Shown here: one piece after another, positions 36,871 through 48,111 of the stretch
Layout of the letters: each line of letters opens with the position of its first letter
Position numbering within the stretch: position 1 is the first letter of the stretch
Source of the DNA: Dictyostelium fasciculatum
Taxonomy: Eukaryota
Assembly: GCF_000203815.1 (NCBI RefSeq)
Contig: NW_004457713.1
Location: 73,358-137,357 of the forward strand
DNA length: 64,000 nt
Reading direction: 5' to 3'
The notes under the pieces: generated by a model
The model's database searches: none
Told to the model about the DNA's origin: nothing
Seen by the model: only the letters and a program-made list of their open reading frames with translations
Made by a program: the position numbers and the translations under genes

Positions 36871-37074
36871 AACGGCTAGATATAAAAGAAAGATATATTA
36901 GAATTAGATCATGTTACTACTACTCCTCTTGATGATAAGAACTCTATCATCATCATCATCATCATCATCTGATACATACACTTTGGATAAGGATATCTTT
37001 GAACTGCACCCATTCTCTCTTTCTTTCTTTCTTTACAAAACGTTTAATCTAAAAGAACAAAAGATCATTCACTT

Positions 37075-39198
37075 TTGATTCAGCTTTGCAAATTTTCGAT
37101 TCTCTCACAAACAATAATGAATAATAATAATAATAATAATAATAATAGTGCAGTAGTAGTAGAAACATGTTATTTAATTTATAAATTACCAAATACAGTA
37201 TTATTGAATATAGTCAACAATGTAACAGATAATGTAGATCTGATATGTTTATTGTTGACTTGTAAAAAGTTGTATCTTCACATTAGACAACATTATAGTG
37301 CATCGTTACAATTCAACAAACCTCTAGAGTACATCACATCGTTTGGAGATCATTATGATGACCACTTTATCAATACTCTAAAGCAATTTAGTCTAGTATC
37401 TTTTAGATCGCTCTTTGACAACTCGTTATCAAATCAAATTGTAATATCTAAAGATGATGGTGATTCACCTGTCTCTATCAATAACCATCGCATCAAAGAA
37501 ACAACTAGTAGTAGTAGTAGTCGTATCAATGATCATCAACGACGTGAAACAAGTATACTTGTAAAAGACATGTCAAAGATTGGTGGAGAATCTCTTTTTG
37601 TCATTCCTCCCAATACAACATCAATCTATTTAATGGAACCAATCAAATCACCAACATCGCTACCATTCTTATCTCATCTTTATCATTCGACCGATATTAA
37701 AAAGATGACTGTGGGACGTTATAGATCTACTGAAGAACTTTTCAAGTTGCCAGAGAGTCTTCAAAGCTTGCACTTGACATTTAACCGTCCAAGTTGTTTA
37801 AAAAGAGGGGATGTATTTCCTCGACACCTCGAAACACTTGAACTCAATGAAGGTACCATTGACCTTTCAGACATTCGTCTAGACAAACTTCAATCACTCA
37901 AAGATTTGGTGTTGTTCCCAGTTATTCATACATTGCCCGGTTTCCTTCCGGTTTCATTGACAAGTCTTTCCATTGAGTTTACTAAAGAACCACCATCCAA
38001 CATTTTCCAATCATTGGTTTCACTGTCTAAACTCACTCTGTACGTTACTCTTGATGACGCTCTACGCCAACACAGTTATGCAATAGATCTCACCAACCTT
38101 GGCTCACTAAAGTCGTTCCACTTCTACCCAGGCGAGTCGGTCGCTAATAGTTCCATTTTAAGGCTTCCTCTATCGTCGTCTCTTGAAACCTTGATCATTT
38201 TCAACCAATGTACATTGACCAACCTCTCTACACTATTCTTCCCAACAACACTTACTAGTCTTGATATATCGGTCAAGTTGATGTTGGACATGGAGAGAGT
38301 ATGTTTACCAACAACACTCAAGAAACTAACTCTTGCAAAGTGTAATGTAACCATACCTGTAGGATTCATTCCTGCCAATGTCAACACCCTCACCATCAAA
38401 TCAGATGAAGATGTTGGTTTGTTGGAAGGGTCAATACCTAGTTTGGTTGAAAGATTAACATTGTTTGGATACAATGGGCCAATTAACTCTAGATATCTTC
38501 CCAATTCAATTAAATTCTTGTCTTGGAATAGAATAAAGGATGATCATTGGTTGCCAGAAAGATTGGATAAATTAGCCTGGATGGATTTTGATTCTACTAG
38601 ACCTCAAATTATTTCATCGTATCCTTCAACTATTCGTTCCCTCGATTATTCAAATTTATTTGGAGAATTTCAAATCATAGTTCCTCCATCTCTAAATAGT
38701 CTTTATTGTTCCCTCAGATCAACTTTATCAATTGACAATGTACCAATTTATTCATTGACAAGATCAAATTTAAAAATGCCAAAAAATGACATTGACTATG
38801 ACTATGACTATGACAACTACAATGGACAAACCTTTTTACTACCAAGTAATTTAAAGAAATTAAAGATTAAACTATTCCATCCCAGTCGAGATGAAACACT
38901 AAGTTTTCGATTGGATGATATCATTAACCAAACAAATATAGATCAACTCTCAATTTATATTCATGGTAGATTATTATTCAAAACAACAATTAAAAGACTA
39001 GATCATCAATCAGTAATGTTGGTAAACTCTAAAACATTATTTGGTGGTATTATTAATCAAAAACAAAAAATAGAAATTAATAATAATAATCAAAATAATA
39101 ATAATAATAATAATAATAATAATTATTTACCATTTTATCTTCATTCTCTAAAAGGAAAAGTACCATTTTGGAGTTATGAAAATATTAAAAAAAATTAA
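37075..39198 (+). CDS. FNIP-like leucine-rich repeat protein with an N-terminal F-box-like motif (paralogue A). The true start is probably the Met at ~37117.
   Basis: N-terminal NVDLICLLLTCKKLYLHIRQ (shared with paralogue B). Repeated ~22-aa units of the type LP.SL..L.F...FNQPI (e.g. IPSLVERLTLFGYNGPINSRYLPNSIKFLSW). Poly-N tracts. Confidence 0.6.
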   Translation: MIQLCKFSILSQTIMNNNNNNNNNSAVVVETCYLIYKLPNTVLLNIVNNVTDNVDLICLLLTCKKLYLHIRQHYSASLQFNKPLEYITSFGDHYDDHFINTLKQFSLVSFRSLFDNSLSNQIVISKDDGDSPVSINNHRIKETTSSSSSRINDHQRRETSILVKDMSKIGGESLFVIPPNTTSIYLMEPIKSPTSLPFLSHLYHSTDIKKMTVGRYRSTEELFKLPESLQSLHLTFNRPSCLKRGDVFPRHLETLELNEGTIDLSDIRLDKLQSLKDLVLFPVIHTLPGFLPVSLTSLSIEFTKEPPSNIFQSLVSLSKLTLYVTLDDALRQHSYAIDLTNLGSLKSFHFYPGESVANSSILRLPLSSSLETLIIFNQCTLTNLSTLFFPTTLTSLDISVKLMLDMERVCLPTTLKKLTLAKCNVTIPVGFIPANVNTLTIKSDEDVGLLEGSIPSLVERLTLFGYNGPINSRYLPNSIKFLSWNRIKDDHWLPERLDKLAWMDFDSTRPQIISSYPSTIRSLDYSNLFGEFQIIVPPSLNSLYCSLRSTLSIDNVPIYSLTRSNLKMPKNDIDYDYDYDNYNGQTFLLPSNLKKLKIKLFHPSRDETLSFRLDDIINQTNIDQLSIYIHGRLLFKTTIKRLDHQSVMLVNSKTLFGGIINQKQKIEINNNNQNNNNNNNNNNYLPFYLHSLKGKVPFWSYENIKKN

Positions 39199-39291
39199 TT
39201 AATTAATAAATTTAATGAATCCCCAAAAAAATATTTATTATGATTCTTTGGTAATGATATCAATTACCATGAATGAAACGTTTTGTTTTAT

Positions 39292-41083
39292 TTATTCATC
39301 TTCTTGAAGAATGAATGAAGAACCCTTAAGAGCAATGATGACTGAAGGTATGTTGGTATTGGATGAAGGAGTCACTGGAATTACAGATGCATCGATTACA
39401 TTAATATTCTTTGATCCTTTTAATTTTAATCTTGGTGAAAGTGGTGATGTAACATCTGATCCCATTCTAACACTAAATAAAAAAATAAAATAAATAAATA
39501 AATTAGTTTGTATGTATATATTTGTTATTTTTCTTTTCTTTTTTGTTTTGTTACCTTCCATGTGGATGATAATCAGTTAGAGAAGTAGCACGAATATGTT
39601 TTTCAAGATCTTCCAAAGATTGAACAGCAAAACCAGGTAAGAATTCATCACCTTGAAGATACCCTCTTTCTAAAAGTTTAGATTCAATCATTCTACAAGC
39701 TTTTAGACCATCTTGAATGACATTGATATCTTGTTGTGATGAAAGATAGTTTTTGTCGACCAATGGAACTGTGAAACTGGTGGTTGTTGCATTTTCAATT
39801 TGAATGGAACCAGAAGATTGTGGATAAACCAATTCAACAAAACAAATGAATCTATTACCACCCATGAAAGGTCTAATATCTGGATTAAGAATCCATTTAA
39901 TCTTTTGACTACCATTATTGTCTTCTGGTTTTGGACCATAGATAACGTAGCCGTCGGCAGCTACATCATGTAGAAAGGCTGATGGAGGTATATGACTATA
40001 TTGGTCGCTAACAGATGCTCCTAGAATATAGGAGAACATATGGTCATACAGATTCTTACCAACATATGGTGAATGGAGTACTGGTTTGATGCCAGCTCTA
40101 CGGAGTGATTCCCAATCACCGATACCAGAGAATTGAAGGAACAGTGGAGAATCGTATGCACCCATACTAATTACGATTTGTTTTCTAACTTTGGCATAAA
40201 TGATACGATGTGTTGTTTTGTCCAAGAGATAGACACCTTTGGCTTCAACCATTGCCTTTTTCTTGTCAACTTCTACGTCCAACTTTAGTGCCTTTGTACC
40301 TTCATAGACATCAAGATTGGAACGATCGGCAATGATATTATCTACAAACTGACCATACGATGTTTGTCTCTTCCAATGACCGGTTCGATTGTCAAAAGAT
40401 TGTGCAAACCTTCTATCCAAGAATAAACCAATTCTGGTGTCAATCTCTTCACCATAGGTATATCCAACGTCTTGGAGTACTTGTTTCATCTCTGGTAGGA
40501 ATACACGGTCCTTGTCATTAACACGTACATTGAATGCCTTGTTGAACAATTCACTATCGACCAATGGTTTAATGGATGTGTCAAAGTCCCATTCCATGTC
40601 ACCACCACAATGTTCTACCCAAAGGTCATAGTCTTCCTTTACACCAACTTGAAAGATCATAGCATTGATCATACCACAACCACCCAAACCAACACCTCTT
40701 CTCAACTCTATCGATCTATTATGAGTATTTGATCGAGGAGTTGAGAAGAAAGACTTTGCATAGTCTGGCTGATAATTAAAGATCCAGTTGTCAGACCATC
40801 CATTTGGTTCCCAGATGAGTGGATGTTGAGGATATTTACCTTCCTCTACCAATAAAACACGGTTAAGTTTGTTTGCCGATAGCTTATTGGCAACTACAGA
40901 TCCCGATGTTCCTGCTCCTAATATAATATAATCATATTCTACTGTTTTACTAATCTTTCCAAATATTGATTCATCCTTTTTTGATTGTTGTTGATCTGAT
41001 GCTGCAGATGATGATGATGATGGTATACTATCAGATTGAATATATCCAAAATATAAAAATATAAATAATAATAATAATTTCAT
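39292..41083 (-). CDS. Secreted GMC (glucose-methanol-choline) family FAD oxidoreductase, 2 exons (39574-41083, 39292-39487)
   Basis: Signal peptide MKLLLLFIFLYFGYIQS. FAD-binding YDYIILGAGTSGSVVANKLS. C-terminal active-site region HPHG|S VRMG...VIDASVIP, restored by a GTAACA...TTTAG intron in phase 2. Confidence 0.85.
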
Positions 41084-41196
41084 TCTAATTTCTTTCTATT
41101 TTTAACGCTTAACACAAATCAAAATGTTATTCAGGATAGGCGGTTGCGACGGTTCAAAAAAAATATATAAAAAATTGTTGTTATTAAAAGAGAGAT

Positions 41197-43386
41197 TTGA
41201 AGTTCAAGCATTTTTTGTGTAGTTTGCAATTTACAGGAACGATGGAGATAGATACACCTTGTTATCTTATCAATATAATACCAAACATTATTTTATATAA
41301 AATAATAGAGTACATTAAAGATAATGTAGATCTTATATGTTTATTGTTGACTTGTAAAAGGTTATACTTTGATATTCTCAGACAACAACCACAACGTCAT
41401 CTTGCATTCAAAGGTATTGGCTTTTATAAATGGAGGATTGATGGTATACATGAAGTTTTAAACTTTAATCTATTATCATCTTTGACTAGATTTCACCTAG
41501 GTGCATTCAAATCATTATTTGATAATGCTCTAGCTAATCAATTGGTCTTGTTGCACAATGAAACTAATCTAGATAGTGATCGTCGTCTCAATGATGATTA
41601 TAGTGCATTAATACAACATACAACAAATCAAATAGATAATAATAATAATAATAATAATAATAGTTATCCAATAACCAATGTAACAATTAGACCATTCCAA
41701 ATTGATGATGAAGATACACCACAACATCAACTATTACAATTACAAGAAGGAATATTTACAGATATTCCATCAACAACTAAAACATTGGTATTACGTGGCT
41801 TGGAAACTAATCATCTAGATAAAGTGTTGGCTACAGTCGTCTCCAATAATAATAATAATAATATCAATAACAGTCAATTGGAATCATTAGAGATTGTATC
41901 AACAGAATTTAATGAATCAACTGCCATCTTGGTTGAAAGGTTGATTGGATTGAAAAATATATTCCTTCACTATTGTCCTCATATTTATATCCCATCAACA
42001 ACTGAATCACTTGTCATCTCCTCTAATATGGATCGTCATCAACCTTTAAATTTAAAGACCCTTTTTAGAAATTTATCCTCTTCCTCTTCATCCCCATCCT
42101 CTTCAAATCTTACAACACTAGATATCTCTAGTATCGATATATTGGATGATATTAATCAACCCAATTTATTACCACCAACATTAAAGACTTTACACATTAA
42201 ACTATCACAACCACCACCAATCTCATTATTTCCACAATCACTACGTAATCTCTTTATTAAATATTCACCACTAGTGAAAAATGTAGAAGAGGAAGAGGAA
42301 GAGGAGACACCCTTTGCAATTATACTTGACCATTTGAAAGGGCTTAAAAAGCTTTCATTAGATTTTAGTTCAAGAGGATGTAATCACATTAGTCTACCTT
42401 TAAACCTATCAGTATTAAAGTTTCAAATGTGGACGACAAACCTCAATAACATCCTTCCATCTGGTTTAACCAAACTAGAAACAGATTTAGACTCACTTTT
42501 GTTGTTTGGTGACCACCTACCTCTACATCTCAAGAAACTTATAATCCCTAGTGCAGAGAGACCTATACCTGTAGGTCTTTTACCATCGGGATTGCTTTAT
42601 CTAGAGATATTCTTTACTGGAATAGATGACAACATTCTCGCCGGATCGTTACCACAAGGATTAGAGTATCTCCACCTTTTATCCTACATAGGTCCAATCA
42701 ACTCGGACATTATTCCAAAGTCTCTCAAAACACTAAAGTTGGAATTCTGCCAACCCGATTTCGACGATGATGATTTGTCAACATTCCTACCACACTTGGA
42801 GAGACTAGAAATTGTTGGCTCAACCAAACCACTTCCCACTATTTATCCTTCTTCTCTTAAATACTTTGATGCTCAATTTGAGGAAAGATATTATATTCCA
42901 ACCTCTGTTGAACATCTAATTTGTGTAGCCAATAGCACAAAATTGAAGGATGATATCCATTCTTCCTCTTATTCACTAGATCCATTTAAAAATATCGATT
43001 TTATAAACAACAACAATAACAACGACAGTGATACAAGATCAAAATTAAAAATACTTGAATATAGAGTTGACATTCCCAATGGTAATCATTTTAGTTTAAA
43101 GTTGAATGAACTTGTACTTAGAAAGGATGTAGAGGAGTTATTTATTTTCAATTACAGTGATAGTTCAACATACGATTATCAAATCAAAAGAATCGATCAT
43201 AATTATGTATTGATGGTAAACAAAAATACACTATATGGTGGATTGATCAACATTACAGACAGGTTCTACTTGGACAATGATAGAACCCAAGAAAGAGATT
43301 TATATCTTCATTTTATATCACAACCAGATAGTTTTGTTATTATTCAACAAATAAGTAATAATAAAGATCCAACAACAAATAAATAA
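41197..43386 (+). CDS. FNIP-like leucine-rich repeat protein with an N-terminal F-box-like motif (paralogue B). The likely start is the Met at ~41242.
   Basis: NVDLICLLLTCKRLYFDILRQ. The repeat architecture is colinear with 37075-39198 (e.g. ...IPVGLLPSGLLYLEIFFTGIDDNILAGSLPQGLEYLHLLSYIGPINSDIIPKSLKTLKL), and the C-terminus is shared (...HQSVMLVNSKTLFGG / ...HNYVLMVNKNTLYGG). Confidence 0.6.
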   Translation: MKFKHFLCSLQFTGTMEIDTPCYLINIIPNIILYKIIEYIKDNVDLICLLLTCKRLYFDILRQQPQRHLAFKGIGFYKWRIDGIHEVLNFNLLSSLTRFHLGAFKSLFDNALANQLVLLHNETNLDSDRRLNDDYSALIQHTTNQIDNNNNNNNNSYPITNVTIRPFQIDDEDTPQHQLLQLQEGIFTDIPSTTKTLVLRGLETNHLDKVLATVVSNNNNNNINNSQLESLEIVSTEFNESTAILVERLIGLKNIFLHYCPHIYIPSTTESLVISSNMDRHQPLNLKTLFRNLSSSSSSPSSSNLTTLDISSIDILDDINQPNLLPPTLKTLHIKLSQPPPISLFPQSLRNLFIKYSPLVKNVEEEEEEETPFAIILDHLKGLKKLSLDFSSRGCNHISLPLNLSVLKFQMWTTNLNNILPSGLTKLETDLDSLLLFGDHLPLHLKKLIIPSAERPIPVGLLPSGLLYLEIFFTGIDDNILAGSLPQGLEYLHLLSYIGPINSDIIPKSLKTLKLEFCQPDFDDDDLSTFLPHLERLEIVGSTKPLPTIYPSSLKYFDAQFEERYYIPTSVEHLICVANSTKLKDDIHSSSYSLDPFKNIDFINNNNNNDSDTRSKLKILEYRVDIPNGNHFSLKLNELVLRKDVEELFIFNYSDSSTYDYQIKRIDHNYVLMVNKNTLYGGLINITDRFYLDNDRTQERDLYLHFISQPDSFVIIQQISNNKDPTTNK

Positions 43387-43730
43387 ATAAATAAATAAAT
43401 AATCCAAAAATATATTATTATTAAATATTATATTTTTATCGATGTATGTGGAGGATTACGACTTTTACACAGAGTAGGAGTCCGAAAAAGAGGAAGAACT
43501 TCTTCTTTGGTCGACCGATTTCGGTTGGAAAAAAAAAAAAAAAAAAAGAAAAAAAAGATCTTTGTTGTGAACCAACTTTTAAGGTTTGAGGGGTTATTGT
43601 ATTCTAATAATAATAATTAGAATAGTTTTATCTCTTTCTTTCTATCTCTTTCTCTGTTTTTAACAATACAACAAATCTAATTGATATACCTAATACATAC
43701 TCATACAAATAAGAAGAAGTAGAAAGAAAG

Positions 43731-45086
43731 ATGAATAAACTAACGTTTATATTTTTACTCATATCGTTGGTATGGTTGGCATCGATATTGGTATACCTAA
43801 CTAGAAATCAAGGTGGTGAAGGTGCAACAGGTGGAGGTCCGACTACTTCCCCAGCTACTCTTCCTACCAAAGAGGTATTCCATTGCGAACATATAGATGC
43901 TGTTTACACTTGGGTAAATGGTAGTGACCCAATTCACATTGAAAAGAGAACTCAAAGATCTGGGTATGTAGTAGATTATGGAGATAATACTATAGAGAGT
44001 GCAACTTATTAACTTGCTCTCATTTATTTATTTATATATTACAGTAATAGCAGATATTCACAACCAGGTAACAATAGATTCAGAGATTTGATGGGTTTGA
44101 AATACAGTTTAAGAAGTTTGAAAAAGTATGCTCCATGGATTAGAAGGGTACATGTTGTTGCCGACGACCAATATCCTTCATGGTTTGATACAAATAACGA
44201 TGAGATTAACTTTATCTTTCACAGAGATTATTTCCCAAATGTGTAAGAATGAAAGAAAAAAGAAAAGAGAAAAGAGTTATTGTGATGATGACTCATCATC
44301 AAATATTTGATATTTACTGACTATATATATTTCTAATATATTTTTATAGTGAAGATGTACCAACATTTAATTCTAATGGTATTGAAGCCAACTTTTTCAA
44401 TCTACCAGATGATCAGGTAGCTGATTGTTTTATTTATTTTAATGATGATATTTTTGTTGGATCACCAAGTATGTTGCGATAATAATCATGATCATTCTTA
44501 TGATACATTGAGAGCTAACAATTATTTATTTTTAAACACTTTAGTTGAACCAAAAGATTTTTGGGATCCAGTATATGGTCAAGCAATTTATAAATCATCA
44601 TGGACAGCACCACAATCAAAAGAGAAACAACAAAATATTTGGCATGCATCGGTAGCCTATACCAACGAACTTTTAAATAGAGAATGGGAGGTTGACAATT
44701 CAAACAGACACTATGCTTCACATGGTGCCAACTTTTTCAACAAAAAGATTTTCAAAGACATGCAACAATTGTTGCCAGAGGAATTCAAGGCTACTGCCCG
44801 TCATCCATTCCGTACTGCACAAGATGTCCAAGTTCCATTCCTCTACCTTCAAATGGTTCAACGTTACTATGCCACGTTTACACCACGTGCCATTAATCAC
44901 TATGCTCTCATTCAAGACGATCTTTCAAAGATGAAGGTCGAATATAAAAAGATTCTCGATCGTCGTCCAAAGACTGTTTGCCTCAACGATGGTCTCTCTG
45001 TCGACAATCCAAATCAAGAAGTTATCGATGAATTATATATAATGTTTGAAACTTTCTTCCCAGAGAAACCTTCATGGGAATTGTAA
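43731..45086 (+). CDS. Stealth-family protein (GlcNAc-1-phosphotransferase-like hexose-1-phosphoryltransferase), type-II signal anchor. 4 exons: 43731-43955, 44048-44245, 44351-44470, 44508-45086.
   Basis: Stealth CR1 (DAVYTWVNGSDP). CR2 (NNRFRDLMGLKYSLRSLKKYAPWIRRVHVVADDQYPSWF). CR3 (FIYFNDDIFVG). CR4-containing C-terminal exon. All three introns (GTATGT/GTGTAA/GTATGT...AG) join in phase. Confidence 0.8.
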
Positions 45087-45404
45087 AACATTAACTAAAC
45101 ACTAAAAGTTACACTCCTCTTGGTTTATTAATCGATAACCGCCACCACCACCACCACCATTATTTATACATATTTCGCAGCCAGCCATAATCATGATTAC
45201 TTTTTAAATGTTATTTTTGGTAATCATAACTTTTTTAAAACAAATCAATTTAACTGGTACTTGTTTAAATTAATAATAAATAACTAAACTATTTAATAAT
45301 AATAACAAATTCGGAACAGCATGGATAGACAACTTTTAAGGATTGAATTGATTTAAAAAAAATGAATAAGATTTATTATTTTAAAACATTGAATATTTGT
45401 TGCG

Positions 45405-45530
45405 ACGAGATAGTAGCGAGTAGGGGCCATGGATCAAGTACACCTCAGGGTACTTAAAGATCCACTGCAGACGTCGACTGGTTGTTATATTTATTTATAT
45501 CTGCGTCAGTCTCCATGACGGAGAGATAAT
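45405..45530. other. GC-rich structured patch between convergent gene 3' ends. It has stacked perfect hairpins (GGATC-AAGTAC-acctcagg-GTACTT-aaa-GATCC; CTCC-atgac-GGAG). It could be an ncRNA or a terminator element.
   Basis: The local GC content is well above the flanks. The palindromic stems are visible directly at 45428-45462 and 45514-45528. Confidence 0.3.
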
Positions 45531-45650
45531 GAACTTTCTCTTTTTACAATAGTATATACACAAATTAATTGGTGTTGTTTTATCCACCTTTAATCATAAT
45601 TTCAGAATATGACTTTGATTTACTAATCCATGACTATATAAAAGGATAAA

Positions 45651-47326
45651 TTAAATGTTAATAACCAAAAAGTAATCAATAGCTAATCCGATCAACTTTA
45701 CTATTTCTAAAATATCAACATGAACCGATCCGTTTGAACCACCAATAAAATATATTTTGTTACCCAATGTACATAAACCTGCACAGTTCTTATTTGATGG
45801 AGAGTTGATTCCTTTTAATGGATGCCATATATTGGTGATTGTGTCAAGGTAGTATTTGGAATCTGTCAAAAAACTATTATAACATCCACCAAACAATAAA
45901 AATATATGATGTCCAACGGCGAAAAATGAAGAAAAGGTTGTCATTGTTGGGGATTTGTAACATTTAATTTCTTTCCATTCTAAAATACAACAACTGTCAT
46001 GACCAACATGGTCGTCAATCTCTAATTTAAAGAGTTGACTATTTCTATTGACCCAACTTTTAATTCGATCCCATACACCTCCACCATAGATATAAATAGT
46101 TTTTCCAACAGATATCATTGAATGGCCTGATCTCGGTGAAGGTGGTGATAAACATTCAATCTTTTCCCAAACCATAGTATCTATAAAATTAAAATAATAA
46201 GTTAAAAAAAATATAGAGAGAGATAGAGTTGCCTTTTTCTTCTTACCTGTATGAAAAACATATAAATCATTTAAAGGTTTAATTGATTCATCTGATCCAC
46301 CAAAAATATATATATCCTTTCCAATGACAGTTGAAGTATGATCAGAACGAGAAGATGGAATAGTTCCAGTAGTTTTTAATGGTTTCCAAATAATGCGATC
46401 CACACCATCATCTTTGTTGGATTGATAAATCATTAGATCCATAGAGTTTGATTTAATGGTATGACGAGGAAGAGATAAAAACACACAAGAATTTTTAGAA
46501 ATGGTACGTAATCCACCAAATACAAATACACCAACCCCAGGTATATAATCGGCTGTATGTCTACAAATGCCAATGTCCAACTCTGCCATTTCTACAAAAC
46601 AATGATCCGATACCTCTTTTTTAATGATTGGTTGATTCATTTTAAATGTTGGTTCCAAAGGATCAACAATGATAATATCCGACTTTGCAACAGCAGTATC
46701 ACAATCACTACCACCAATCACCATAAACTTTGTTTTACCTTTTTCCTCAGAGGAGATTATCGTTGTCGATGTATGACAATATCTTTGCAATGTTTTAGTT
46801 GTTGGTGTTCTTTTAGACCACATCATTGAATCTAAATATTTTAAAATGTTAATAAAAAGACACAGACAGACAGACAGACAGTAATTATAATTATGATTCC
46901 AAACATACCGTTTTGATTTAATGATACATTTTCTACAAAATAATTTAACCAATTGATATCTGGTTGGTATTGTTTTGATAGTTGATCAAACAATGATGAT
47001 GATGACGACGATGAATTACCAGTATTGGAATAGTTTGGTATGGGGATTCTATTCATTTGATCAGGGATCATATGATTCAATGCAATCATCTTCCACAATG
47101 AATTATTTCTACTACATCTATAGAGTAACCTAGATACTCTTGATATTGAATTGATAATATCAAATGGATTACACATTGATATGATATAAAGTATTAATTC
47201 AATGGGTTGATTTGTTAAAAGATCTTCATTATCATCATTGTCCACAAGTTGTTGTATATCATTATTGAGTATGTTGTTATTACTATTACTACTACTATTA
47301 TTACAGAGTACAGATTTTATTTCCAT
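45651..47326 (-). CDS. F-box / Kelch-repeat protein, at least 3 exons (F-box exon ~46990-47326; kelch exons 45651-~46950 with an intron near 46200-46260)
   Basis: F-box LILYIISMCNPFDIINSISRVSRLLYRCSRNNSLWK. Kelch/galactose-oxidase-type blades are repeated (IYIFGG..., VFGGL..., IYIYGGG..., IYFIGG...). There is intron read-through in the ORF (GKKKKATLSLSIFF...). Confidence 0.7.
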
Positions 47327-48111
47327 TTTCTCTCTTTCTCTCTCTCAATGTCTATCTATGATTTAAAATAAATAACATTATTACTACTACTTCTTATTAT
47401 TAGTTTTATGTTAATATTTATTGTTTGTTATCGCTTTTATAGTGCAAATCAACTGATTTTTAAACCCTCACCCAACCCAACCCAACCGTTCATTTATTTT
47501 GTTTTAATATTAAAAACAGGTAGGTAGGTAGGTTGCTAGCAGCTGTAAGGAAGAAGGATTCACCTGTTGATTGATGATGTCTTGTGGACAAGTATGCTTT
47601 AATTTACCAGGCCAGGTCAACAGGGTTGCAATGCCAAAAAGATCAGCTGATGATTAAATAAATATAAAAGTCTACTATATCATGCTTTTGCATCCAGTCT
47701 TCTTAAAATGATTAAATGAATCAAATCATACACCAGCAGAAAAGAAATAAATAATCTCATCCTGTGTGTTAAGATTAACACTGTAGTTTCGGCACCTTGA
47801 ATTTTCGTGTGAAAAAATACGCTCAAAACAATTCATTTTTTTCTTTAAAAGCAAGCAATGATCAAGGAATGAATGAAAACCCATACTTTAAATATCCTAA
47901 TCGCTGCTCCCTCTGTCTGTCTGTCTGTCCGTAGTTACAACAATTGTATAACTAAAGTTTAACATACATCATAAAGTTAACATCAACAAACTACTACTAC
48001 TACCACAACAACAACAACAACAATAAGATTCGAATAGACACTTTTTAAAAGAAGAAGAATAGATTTTGTGGTGGAAAGAAAAGTAGAGTAGAGAGCAGAG
48101 TAAAGAATAGA

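Noticed and set aside
45405-45480. tRNA gene in the GC-rich patch
   Set aside because: No GTTCGANTCC-type T-loop, no D-loop AGCNCAGTGG-type box and no 7-bp acceptor pairing could be found. The hairpin geometry (6-bp stem, 8-nt loop) is not tRNA-like.
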